From: Verrucomicrobiota bacterium
GTDB lineage: Bacteria; Verrucomicrobiota; Verrucomicrobiia; Limisphaerales; CAIQOK01
Length of the DNA: 64,000 nucleotides
Direction: 5' to 3'
NCBI GenBank assembly: GCA_046346715.1
Contig: JAXMHO010000001.1
Location: 187,051-251,050, forward strand
The first letter of the stretch is position 1; each line of letters starts with the position of its first letter. The position numbers and the translations under genes are program-made. Positions 35,714 through 45,600 of this stretch are shown one piece after another. The notes under the pieces were generated by a model, which saw nothing but the letters and a program-made list of their open reading frames with translations, had not been told where the DNA came from and did no database searches.

Positions 35714-38700
35714 TCAGGGCACGATCACCGCGCGATAGAAGCGCTGCTCCGACGCGGAGCTGTTCGCGTCGTTGAACTGGAAGACGCCGTCAACGCCAGC
35801 CGTGTTCGTGGATATGGACTTCCATCCCGCCGAGGTGGCGATATTCGTCGAAGACTGGATGATGTAGCTCAGGTTCGGCTGGCCGGTGAGCGTGAGCTGG
35901 AACTCGTTGTTCGCCTTCTGCAACACGCCGGTCAGGCGCGCCGGAATGACCGGCAGCACGGTGACCGTGGCGCTGGCGGCGTTGTTGAGGAAGTTCAGGT
36001 CCGTTTCAGCGGCCGCGCCAATCGCGCTGTTCAACGCCGGTCCGGCGACATTCAGCGTGGTGAGCAGATCCATCTGCGCGCCTTCACCGACGTTCAAGGT
36101 GCCGACGTTGAAGGTCACCGTGGTCGGCGACGCCGTGAAGCCGCCCTTTGAAACCGTGACCGTGTCGAGCGTGGCGCCCGCCGGCAACGTGTCGGTGACA
36201 ATGACGCCCGTCGCCACATTCGGACCCTGGTTGGTGACGAAGATGGAGTAGGTCGAGTTGTGTCCCACGTAGATCATCGCCGGATTCGCCGAGGCGGAAA
36301 CCGCCAGGTCAACCGTCGGATTAACCGGAGTCACCACCGTCAGATTCAAGGTCCAGCCGCGGCTGATGATGCCGCCGTCGCCGGTGACATCGTCCACCAC
36401 ATACAACGACCAGTCGCCGTTTGGCGTGCCGCCATTGAACTGGGCAAACGACGCCGTGAACTGGCCCGCGGGGGCCGGTGACGGGAACGCGCGGCTCGCC
36501 GGGAAGGATGCCGGCTTGTAGTCGCCTGCCGCTGTTGCTGTCGTGTCGGACAATGTGCCAGCTGCGGCGTCGTAGAAGGAAACGGTCAGATTGCTGACGG
36601 AGTTACCTCCTCCCGCTCCTGCCATGACGACCGACTTGGCGCCCGTCGGGCTGACGAGCAGCACGCCGATGTCTTTCGGGAACGCATGGGTGATTCCATT
36701 CAGCGTGACCGAGACCTTGCTGACATATCCGGACAATCCCGAGACGGTGATGGCGGACGGATACGGCGCGGCGCTGCCGTGGTCGGGAATGATGATGGCG
36801 TTCGTGTTGGCGAACGAATTGGTCTGCGGCAGCGTGAAGTTGAAAGTCACCGAGCCAAGATTGTTCGCGCCATCCTGCAGGGACAGCGTCGCGACGATCA
36901 CGCCGCCCACCGGATTGCCCGCCGTGAAGGTGAAGTTGCGGGAGACCGCCGCACCGTTGTGAACCAGCGCACCATAGTTGACCGCGCCGCTCGAAGCGGT
37001 GACCCCGCCGGTGTTGGCGAGCGTGGCCACCAGGCTAGTGGTGTCGATTTCGCCGGTGTTGGCGAGGCCTAGCGCCACCGTGACGGTTTCACCCGCCGAG
37101 ACCGTGCCGTCGGCCGGGAGCTGGGATTCAGAAACCAAGGCAGCATTGACGGTGACGATGGCGGCCTTGGGCAGCCGCGCTGTGATGGTGGCCGAGCTGG
37201 AATTGTTGTTGGTGTTGGAATCAGACGACGTCGTTGAGGCGGTCGCCGTGTTCACAATCGTGCCGGTCGTCGTGGGATGCGTGGTGATGGTGATGGCGGA
37301 GCCCGCACCGGAGTTCAGCGTGCCGAGGTTGACCGTCAGCGTGCCGCTGGCGAATGTGCCGGCGCTGGACGAGACATAGGCCAAACCGGCCGGGAGGACA
37401 TCGGTCACGACGGCATTCAAGGCCTTGCCGGGACCGTTGTTCACAACGGAGAGGGTGTAAACAAAGTTGCTGCCCGTGACCACCGTGTCCGCCGACGCGC
37501 TCTTCACGATGGAAAGATCCGCCACCGGCAGATTGGCCGTCGTCGAAAGCGTCACGCTGTTGTTGTTCGGAACGAGATCGTTCTGGCTCGCCGAGACGCT
37601 GGCCGTGGTCGTGAGAACGCCCGAGGTGTTCGGTGAAACCACGATGGTCACGGTTGCGCTCGCACCCACGTTGAGGCTGCCGAGGTTGGCATAGACCGTT
37701 CCCGCGTTGGTGTTGTAGCTGCCCTGGGAAACCGTGGTAGAAAGGTAGCGGACATTCGCCGGAAGCACGTTCGTGAAGGCGATGTTGCTCGCCGCGTTGG
37801 TGCCATTGTTCGTCACGGTGAAGGTGTAGGTGAGATTATCACCCGCCAGCACCGGGTCCGGAGAATCCACGCCCGAAATGGAGAGGTCGGCCGTTTGATT
37901 CACCGGCGTCAGAGTGGTAATGGCCAGGCTCCAGCCGTTGCTGATGACGCCGGAGTCGCCGGCGGATTCATCCACGACGTACAAGGACCAGACGCCGTTG
38001 GGATTGGAATTGTTGAAGACCGACAGGGCGGCCGGATACGGACCCGCGGGTGCCGGACTGTTGAAGACCGGCGTCGGGGCATAGGACACGGGCGCCCAGG
38101 TGCCGGTGCTCAAAGAACCGCTGTCAGGCAGCGGGGAAGCCGCCGCGTCATCAAAGGTGAAGGTCGCCCCGGTGACCGGCGAGCCAAACTGCCCGGCATG
38201 CGCCATCAGCACGCTCTTGGCGCCGGTGGGCGACACCAGCAGGACGCTGACGTCGTTGGGGTAACCGTGGTGGAAGTTGGTCAGCGTGGCGGTAACTTTG
38301 CCGACCAGGCCCGTGACACCCGAGACCGTGATGGTGGACGGATAAGGCGAGGCGCTGCCCACATCCGGAATGGTGATCTTGTTGGTGTTCGCGAAGCTCG
38401 TCGCCTTCGGCAGCTTGAAGGTGAAGCTGACCGTGTTCGAGACATCCCCGCTCAACTGCATCGTCGCCACCACGCTGCCGCCGTTCGTGCCGCTGGCGGT
38501 GAAGCTGTAAAGCTGCGAACCGGGCAGGCCGCCAGGTGAAAGCACGCCATAGACGAGCGTGCTCGTAGTGGGAGAAGTCACGCCGCCGCCAGAAAGCAGC
38601 TTGGCCATGACATTGGTCGTCGCGACGTTGCCGAGGTTGGCCAGCCGGAACTGCACGCTGACGGTCTCGCCGGATTCAATCGAGCCGTTCGCCGGCGCGA

Positions 38701-41700
38701 TGCTTTCCGTCACGAGCGTGGCGCCCGCGGGCTGCACGTTGACAAAGGGCGGAGCCACGATGGTCGTCGCCGTGGCGGAGTTGTTCGCGGAGAAGAGATC
38801 GGCCAGGCCGCCGGAAACCGTCACCGACGAAGTCACCGTCTGCGAAGTCGGAACAAACACGACCACCGTCATCGTGACGACGCCCCCCTGGCCGAGGCTG
38901 CCGACGTTGCAGGTCATCACATTGCCGGACTGCGAGAGCGTGCCGAGGGAGGAGTTGGAGCTCACCACCTGGGCGGCCGGCGGAAGAATCTGGGTGAGGA
39001 ACACCGACGTGGCGATGCTCGGACCAAAGTTGGTTGCGCTGACCGTGTAGGTCAGGTTGTTGCCGAGGACAATGCTCGCCGGCACATTCTGGAAGCCGAC
39101 GCCAAGATCCGCGGCTGCGCTGACGGCCGTGTTCACCGTGGCATTGTTGTTGCCGGGAACCGGGTCCGTCTGGTTCGCACGGACATTTGCCTTGGCCACG
39201 ATCTGACCTTCGGCGGAAGGAATGCCGGTGACCGTGGCCGTCACCACGGCGCCCTGGTTCATGCCGCCGATGCTGAGCAGCACAACATTGCCCACGATGG
39301 TCGCCGTGCCTTGGGAGACGTTGGCGGAAGTCAGGGCCAGCGACGACGTGAAGTTGTTGCTGACCACCACGCCGGACGCCGCGCTGGGTCCGTTGTTCGT
39401 GACGCTGATCGTGTAGGTGAGCGAGTTGCCGATGGTGACCGGGTTCGGCAGCGCCCGGATGCCGACCGCGACATCTGACGCCGGCGGATTGGCATGGCTG
39501 GTGATGGTCACGCTGTTGTTCGAAAGATCGCCGTCCGGATCCGTCACCGCCGCTGTCGAGGCCGTGGCGGTGATGGTGCCCACCTGGGTCGGGGTCACTG
39601 TGACGGTGGCCGTGGCCACGCTGCCGACGGGCAAGGTGCCGAAGTTGAAATTCACCGACGCGGCGGATTGCGCGAACGAACCTTGGGAGGTGCTGGCGCT
39701 CAGGAATGTCACGTTCGCGGGGAGGAGATGAGTCAGAGTCACGCCCTTGGCCACTTTCGGACCGAGGTTCGTCACGCTCAGGTTGTAGACCAGATTGTTG
39801 CCCACGATGACCGGCTCGGGCGCCGCATTGCCGCCGATGGCGAGGTCGCTGCCGGGACATTCGCCGCCGCCATCCACGCAGGCCGGTGTGGAGAGAAACA
39901 GCGACCAGCATTGAATTGTGCCAATATCGATGCCGATGTCGTCGATGACATGCAGGTGCCAGGTGCCGTTGACGGCGGAACCCGACTTGCCAATCAGCCC
40001 GGACAGCCGGTCCTGCGGCTGGAAGCTGCCGATGAACGGCGGGGCCCCCACGGCGATGTTGAACTGCGCGTCGTCGTCAAACGTGGTGCGGAGATCCGCG
40101 CAGTTGTTGCCGAAATTATCCCGGGAATCGCCGACGTGATCAGCCAGCGTATAGACCGTGCCGTCAGGCGAAATGAGCTGGAGAATCAGGTCCGAGGTGA
40201 AGGTGTGGGTGATGTGCAGCGAGAGCGTCGCCTTCAAAATGGCCGACGGGAAATTGGACACCACCAGGGGCAGATCGCCGGTGGACAGATCGGGAATCGG
40301 CGCCGTGCCCACGCTGTCAAAACGCAACGGGGTGCTGGACGATCCCGAAGCAACACTGAAAGTGTTGGTCTGGGTGGTCTCGTCGCTCTTGATGACGAGC
40401 GTAAAATTGACCGGCGTGCCGCACTCAAAATTCGGTGACGTGCTGAACTGAAAGGCGAGAATGTTGGTGCCGCTGTCGCCCGCGGCAATGTTGAGGTAGC
40501 TGGAGCTTTTGCCCGAGACGATCACGTTCGCATTGGTCGTGCTCAAGGTGGCGAGGATGTTGGTGCCGCCGACGAGGCCGACGTTGGTGATCACGATGAA
40601 CATCGGATTGCACTCGTTCGGGTCCACGCCGCCGTTGCCGTTGCCGCCGGGAAGCGAGTTGGTGAACACGCGGAAGTCCGGCGCGCCGCCGTTGCCCACG
40701 CGGATGTCCACATAAGTGTTCGGAGCCGAACCGCCTTCGGTCACCGGCGTGAGCCGCAAACTGATGGACTGGTCGTCGAGGACTTGCGAGAACTGAAGCG
40801 CGGAGTCGTAGTCGTCGTTGACGCCGTTGACCGGAGCATTGCCGGGCGTGTTGAAGTCGAGCAGCTGGCTTTGGAAGCCGCCGCCGCTGCCGCCGCCGAC
40901 CGTGTTCAAGCCCCAGATCACGTAGGCGCCATTCTGAGCGAACGCATTGCCGGTGAAATTGCGGCGGATGCCGACCCAGTAGGTGTGCTCGCTGTCGCGG
41001 ACAACCTTCAACGCGAGCGTGCTTTCATTGAGGGCGTCCACATAATTGCCCCAGTCAAACGTGTTGATCCGGTAAACGCCGTTGCCGGAAATGGTCCGCA
41101 CCTGGGAATCCTTCAACCAGCCGAGCTGGTTTTTGAAAAATGGGCTGAAATCCGTCTGCTGGCTGTTGGCGAAATTCGCGCCCATGGTGTCGAAGTCGTC
41201 GCCATACTCGATGGTGGAACCGCCCGCGCTGAGCGGATTGCCGTCGGTGACCTGCCACAAACCGGCATGGTAGAGCCCGTAGGTGTGCCCGAGTTCGTGC
41301 GCAACGACGCGGAAATCAAACTCACCGTTGATCCAGACGCTCGGACCGGTTATTTCGGCCAGGCCGCCGTAGTTGATCAGGGAGCCGGGAAGGTTTCCGA
41401 GGTATGAAAACACGACCACGATGCGGTCAAAGGTCGCCAAGTTGTAGTTGGCCGCCGCGAGCGCTTCCGCATCGGTGTGCAGGCCGGTGTTGTTGCCCGC
41501 CTGCGCATAGGTCGAGGCCGGCTGCGGCATGCGGTACAACTGGGAGGTGACCACGTTCGTCAGGGTGGTCTGGCCGTAGGAGCTCTTGGCGTAGTAGGGA
41601 GAGACCTGGGAGTCGATCAGGTTCTGCATATTCGCGGCGGTTCCGGCCGGGCCGCCGGGAAAGGTCGGGTCGCCAGGCAGGTCGGAGAAATCCACGCGGA

Positions 41701-42610
41701 TGACAAGGATTCTCTTGCCGCCCACCGTCCAGGCCGAGCTCGGATTGGCGCCCGTGCCGCTGGCCGCCACGGAAGGCGATTGCAACACGTTCGCAGGACT
41801 ATGGCTGGGAATTGGGGAAAGGCCGGTTTCGGATTTTTCCAGCAACGCCTCCACCTGCTGCAGATGTCCGGCGGACTTGAACTGATAAAACTCACCGCCC
41901 ATTTCGGCGACCACCGGCTGACCGGCGGGCGTGCTGGCATCGACATCCGGAACGACCGTCACCGTCTTTGAGGCCGGGACTGTTTCACCGGCTTCCAGTT
42001 CGCGCAATGCGCCTTCATGCAGGGCGAGCACGCCATCGACAGCGATGCCATGGACCGAAATGCCCTTCTTCGAAGTCTCCCCCAGGCGACGACCGTAGGT
42101 AAAGGCCTGATAGGTGCCCCCGTTGACCGTGACGTAGCGTTCCATCGGCCGGACCGGCGCGGCGTTTTTGTTTGGGCAGAAAATCAAAACGGAGAGATCG
42201 CCCACACCGGAAACACGCGTTTCCAGTTCGGCGCTCACGGCGGCCGGAAGCTGGCCCAGCACGGCGGCGGGCACCGCGGCTTCAAAGGCCTTGGCGGGAC
42301 TTTGACGGATCAACGCCGCCAGCGCCGTCCGGCGCTGTTGCGCGAGCGTCACGCCCTGGGCAATCATCCCTTCGCGGACCGCGCTGCTTGCGGCGGTGTA
42401 CTGGCCGGCCCAGGCGTTGAAGCTGTCAACGGCGGGGATGCCCGCCGGGCTGTGCCAGCCGTCGGCGTATTGAAGTCCTTTGGTCGAAGGGGCCGCGGTC
42501 AATGACGGAGCGGCGAGGAGTGTGACGGCCAGAAGGGCGGCGCCCAGCAACGTTTCGCGGTTTCCCGTACGATGCAACAAGCCAAACATGTTCTTCATAT
42601 TCTGATTCAT
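35714..42610 (-). CDS. 2298-aa secreted multidomain protein: zinc metalloprotease (gametolysin/M11-like), 3 P-domain modules, about 9 DUF11 repeats, FYR C-terminal domain
   Basis: Sec signal (LLAAPSLTA/AP). Protease region at aa ~295-560 with HELGHTYGLYHA and DDFDTMG. Proprotein-convertase-like P domains at aa ~770-906, ~1405-1566 and ~1935-2092. DUF11 signature (NLVYNLSVTNLGPKVAKGVTLTHLLPANV and similar). Ends ...RFYRAVIVP. Confidence 0.85.
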   Translation of the reverse strand: MNQNMKNMFGLLHRTGNRETLLGAALLAVTLLAAPSLTAAPSTKGLQYADGWHSPAGIPAVDSFNAWAGQYTAASSAVREGMIAQGVTLAQQRRTALAALIRQSPAKAFEAAVPAAVLGQLPAAVSAELETRVSGVGDLSVLIFCPNKNAAPVRPMERYVTVNGGTYQAFTYGRRLGETSKKGISVHGIAVDGVLALHEGALRELEAGETVPASKTVTVVPDVDASTPAGQPVVAEMGGEFYQFKSAGHLQQVEALLEKSETGLSPIPSHSPANVLQSPSVAASGTGANPSSAWTVGGKRILVIRVDFSDLPGDPTFPGGPAGTAANMQNLIDSQVSPYYAKSSYGQTTLTNVVTSQLYRMPQPASTYAQAGNNTGLHTDAEALAAANYNLATFDRIVVVFSYLGNLPGSLINYGGLAEITGPSVWINGEFDFRVVAHELGHTYGLYHAGLWQVTDGNPLSAGGSTIEYGDDFDTMGANFANSQQTDFSPFFKNQLGWLKDSQVRTISGNGVYRINTFDWGNYVDALNESTLALKVVRDSEHTYWVGIRRNFTGNAFAQNGAYVIWGLNTVGGGSGGGFQSQLLDFNTPGNAPVNGVNDDYDSALQFSQVLDDQSISLRLTPVTEGGSAPNTYVDIRVGNGGAPDFRVFTNSLPGGNGNGGVDPNECNPMFIVITNVGLVGGTNILATLSTTNANVIVSGKSSSYLNIAAGDSGTNILAFQFSTSPNFECGTPVNFTLVIKSDETTQTNTFSVASGSSSTPLRFDSVGTAPIPDLSTGDLPLVVSNFPSAILKATLSLHITHTFTSDLILQLISPDGTVYTLADHVGDSRDNFGNNCADLRTTFDDDAQFNIAVGAPPFIGSFQPQDRLSGLIGKSGSAVNGTWHLHVIDDIGIDIGTIQCWSLFLSTPACVDGGGECPGSDLAIGGNAAPEPVIVGNNLVYNLSVTNLGPKVAKGVTLTHLLPANVTFLSASTSQGSFAQSAASVNFNFGTLPVGSVATATVTVTPTQVGTITATASTAAVTDPDGDLSNNSVTITSHANPPASDVAVGIRALPNPVTIGNSLTYTISVTNNGPSAASGVVVSNNFTSSLALTSANVSQGTATIVGNVVLLSIGGMNQGAVVTATVTGIPSAEGQIVAKANVRANQTDPVPGNNNATVNTAVSAAADLGVGFQNVPASIVLGNNLTYTVSATNFGPSIATSVFLTQILPPAAQVVSSNSSLGTLSQSGNVMTCNVGSLGQGGVVTMTVVVFVPTSQTVTSSVTVSGGLADLFSANNSATATTIVAPPFVNVQPAGATLVTESIAPANGSIESGETVSVQFRLANLGNVATTNVMAKLLSGGGVTSPTTSTLVYGVLSPGGLPGSQLYSFTASGTNGGSVVATMQLSGDVSNTVSFTFKLPKATSFANTNKITIPDVGSASPYPSTITVSGVTGLVGKVTATLTNFHHGYPNDVSVLLVSPTGAKSVLMAHAGQFGSPVTGATFTFDDAAASPLPDSGSLSTGTWAPVSYAPTPVFNSPAPAGPYPAALSVFNNSNPNGVWSLYVVDESAGDSGVISNGWSLAITTLTPVNQTADLSISGVDSPDPVLAGDNLTYTFTVTNNGTNAASNIAFTNVLPANVRYLSTTVSQGSYNTNAGTVYANLGSLNVGASATVTIVVSPNTSGVLTTTASVSASQNDLVPNNNSVTLSTTANLPVADLSIVKSASADTVVTGSNFVYTLSVVNNGPGKALNAVVTDVLPAGLAYVSSSAGTFASGTLTVNLGTLNSGAGSAITITTHPTTTGTIVNTATASTTSSDSNTNNNSSSATITARLPKAAIVTVNAALVSESQLPADGTVSAGETVTVALGLANTGEIDTTSLVATLANTGGVTASSGAVNYGALVHNGAAVSRNFTFTAGNPVGGVIVATLSLQDGANNLGSVTFNFTLPQTNSFANTNAIIIPDHGSAAPYPSAITVSGLSGYVSKVSVTLNGITHAFPKDIGVLLVSPTGAKSVVMAGAGGGNSVSNLTVSFYDAAAGTLSDTTATAAGDYKPASFPASRAFPSPAPAGQFTASFAQFNGGTPNGDWSLYVVDDVTGDGGIISRGWTLNLTVVTPVNPTVDLAVSASANPAMIYVGHNSTYSIFVTNQGPNVATGVIVTDTLPAGATLDTVTVSKGGFTASPTTVTFNVGTLNVGEGAQMDLLTTLNVAGPALNSAIGAAAETDLNFLNNAASATVTVLPVIPARLTGVLQKANNEFQLTLTGQPNLSYIIQSSTNIATSAGWKSISTNTAGVDGVFQFNDANSSASEQRFYRAVIVP
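41285..41299 (-). other. HExxH zinc-binding motif (HELGH, aa 438-442)
   Basis: Codon positions were checked against the nucleotide sequence (plus strand GTGCCCGAGTTCGTG). Confidence 0.8.
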
Positions 42611-42670
42611 ACCTGACCTGACGTTCTCCTAAGAACGTCAGGCGCTGCCTTCCCGGGCGTGATTGCCGGG

Positions 42671-45600
42671 CTAGGGTCCGTGCAGGCGGAAGTATTTGCT
42701 GCCGGAGCCGACGCTGATGGTGATGACGTATTGTCCGTTGCTCACCACGGCAGTCGGGCTGGTGACGGTCGTCCACACCGGCGAAATGAGGTTGGTCGCG
42801 CTTTCCAGCACATAGCCGGCGGTGTTGGTCGGCCAGCTGATCACAAGGTTGGAGCCGGACTTGAAGACGCCCAGGTCGAGCGAATCCACCACGGTCTTCA
42901 CAATCGCCGAGTTGTTGGCCTTGGCCGGATCAACCACCTGCGACGCCGCCACCGCAATGTTGGTGATGGTGCCACCGGTGGTGGTCTTGACCACGATGCT
43001 CGCCACGGCCTGGCCGCCCACGGCGAGGGTGCCGAGGTTGGTGAAGGTCACCGTGCTGCCGGAGCGGGTGTAGCCGCCCGGGAAAGCGGAGACGAAGATG
43101 ACGGACGGCGAAAGGATGTTTGTGATCGCCACGCCGGACGCCGCCGCCGGACCGGCGTTGGTGACGAGCAGCGAATACGTCACGTTGTTCCCGCCCCACA
43201 GCGGATTCGGCGTGCCCACCACGGTCAGCACGAGATCGGCCTTGGTGGTGTCCACCGTCGTGATGACTGACGCGGTGTTGTTGACCGTGTTGGCGTCGGC
43301 TTCATTTGCCGCCACCGTGCAGGTGTTGGTGATGCTGCCCACCGCCGTCGGATTCACGACCAAGGTCAGCGACGCGCCGGTGTTAATAGCGAGCGTGCCC
43401 GGGCTCCAGGTCACGACGCCGGAAACGACGGACACCGAGCCCAGCGACGGATTGGAGGAGACGTAATTGACGTTGACCGGCAGGGTGTCGGTCAAAGTGA
43501 CGCCGGTGGCCGTGGACGGACCGTAGTTGGTCACCGTCAAGGTGTAGGTGAGATTGTTGCTCACGATCACCGAGCTTGCGCCCGAAGCCGTGGCCAGCAG
43601 ATCAACCGTCGAGCCCACCAAATTCACCGTGGTCAGATTCAACGACCAGCCGTTCGAGATCATGCCCGAGTTCAGCGCGGTGTCATCCAGGACATACAGC
43701 GACCAGGTGCCGTTCGGGTTGCTGCCGTTCAAGGTGGACAGGTTCGTGTTGTAAGGCGCCGCCGGAGCCGGAGCCGGGAAGATGGTCACGGGGAAGAACG
43801 TGGTCGGCTTGTTGGTGCCGGTGGTGATCTGCGAATTCAACGGCAGATAAGCGGCCGCGGCATCGTCGAATGTCAGCGTCGCGCCGTTGATGGCATTGAA
43901 GCCGCCGGCGTTCGCCATGAGCAGGGTCTTCTGGCCCGTCGGCGACACCAGCAAGGCGTCGATGTCCGCTCCGGAAGTGTGCGTCAGCTTGTTCAACGTG
44001 ACCGTGGCCTTCGTCAAGGAACCGCCCACGCCGCTGACGTTGATGGTCGAGGGATACGGCGAAGCCGCGCCCTGCAACGGGATGCTGATGGCGCCGGCGT
44101 TGGTGAACGAACCCGCGCTGTTGCCGAGGATGAAGGTGAACGTCGCCGAGCCCGCGCTGGCCGTGCCGTTGGTCAGGAGGAACGTCGCCACCACCGCCTG
44201 GCCGTTGCTGCCGCTGGCGATGAAGCTGTATTGCCGCGAGGCCGACGCACCGCCGACGGCGAGCGTGCCGTAATTCTGGGTGCCGCTCGGCGAAGTCACG
44301 CCGTTGGTCGCCAGCAAAGTGGCCTTCAGGTTGGAAGTGTTGGTGCCGCCGCCGTTGCGCAGCGCGAAGAGCAGCGAGACACTTTCACCCGGATCGATGA
44401 CGCCGTTCACCGGTCCGCTCTCGGTCAGCAGCGCCACGCCCGCCGGCACAATCAAGCTGCCGCTGTTGTCGCGGATGGTGAGGACGGCCGCGCTCGGGGC
44501 GACCAGAACACCGTTGGTGCCGATCGGATTGGACAACTGGAGCAGCACGGTCTTGTCCGGCTGCACTGTCGTGCTGTCCGTCACCGGCACGGAGAAGCTC
44601 AGGTTGGTCTGGCCGTTCGTGAAAACCAGGGTGCCGCTCACGGCCGTGTAATCGATGCCATTGGTGCCGGAGCCGTCCAGCGTCGCGTAGTTCACCGAGA
44701 CGGTGCTGTTGGTGTAGCCGGTGCGGAACACGTTGATGTTGGCGGTCACCGCGTTCTTGAACACCGTGTAGCTCGGGCTGGAGAAGCTCAGGCCGGCATT
44801 GATGTCAACAATCGTCACCGTGGCGGTGCTCGGGGAAATCAACTGGCCGGCGCCCGTCGGACCGGACAGCGACACCGTAAAGTTCAGGTCGCCTTGCACC
44901 AGGGCGTTGTTGATGATCGGGACGATGATGTAGTTGGTCACCGCGCCGTTGGTGAAGCTCAACGTGCCGCTGACCGGCGTGTAATCCGTGCCGGCGACCG
45001 CCGTGCCGTCCGCCGAGGCGTAGTTCACCGCCAGAGGTTCGGCGCTGGGATTCGAGCAGAACACCGTCAGGATGGCATTGGTGCCGCTCTTGGTGACGGT
45101 GAAGGTCGGACTGGTGAAGCCCAGACCCGCCTCGGCATCCAGCACGATCACGCTGGCGCTGCTCGGGAAGGTCAACTGACCGCCGCCGGTGGGGTTGGAA
45201 AGATTGACGCCAAACGTCAGGTTGCTGGTGGCGTGGAGATCATGCAGCACCGGGATGTTGATCGACTTGTTGGTCTCGCCGACGTTGAAGGTCAGGACGC
45301 CCGAAGTGGACTGGTAGTTGGTGCCGGCGATGGCGGAGCCGTTCGTGGTCGCATAGCTCACCTGCATCGTGCCGCTGGCGTTGTTCAAACGTTGCACATT
45401 CAGGATGACGGAGCCGGCGGTTTCGCTGACCACGTAAGCCGCGCTGGCAAACGCAAAGCCGGCATCATTGTCCACAATGGTCACCGGGCGGCTCGGGCTG
45501 CCCTGGAGGGTGGCGCCACCGGTCGGGTTGGAGAGCGTCAGTGTCAATCCCACGCTGCCCTGCACCAAGGTGTTCTCAAGCAGCGGCAGATTGAAAGTTT

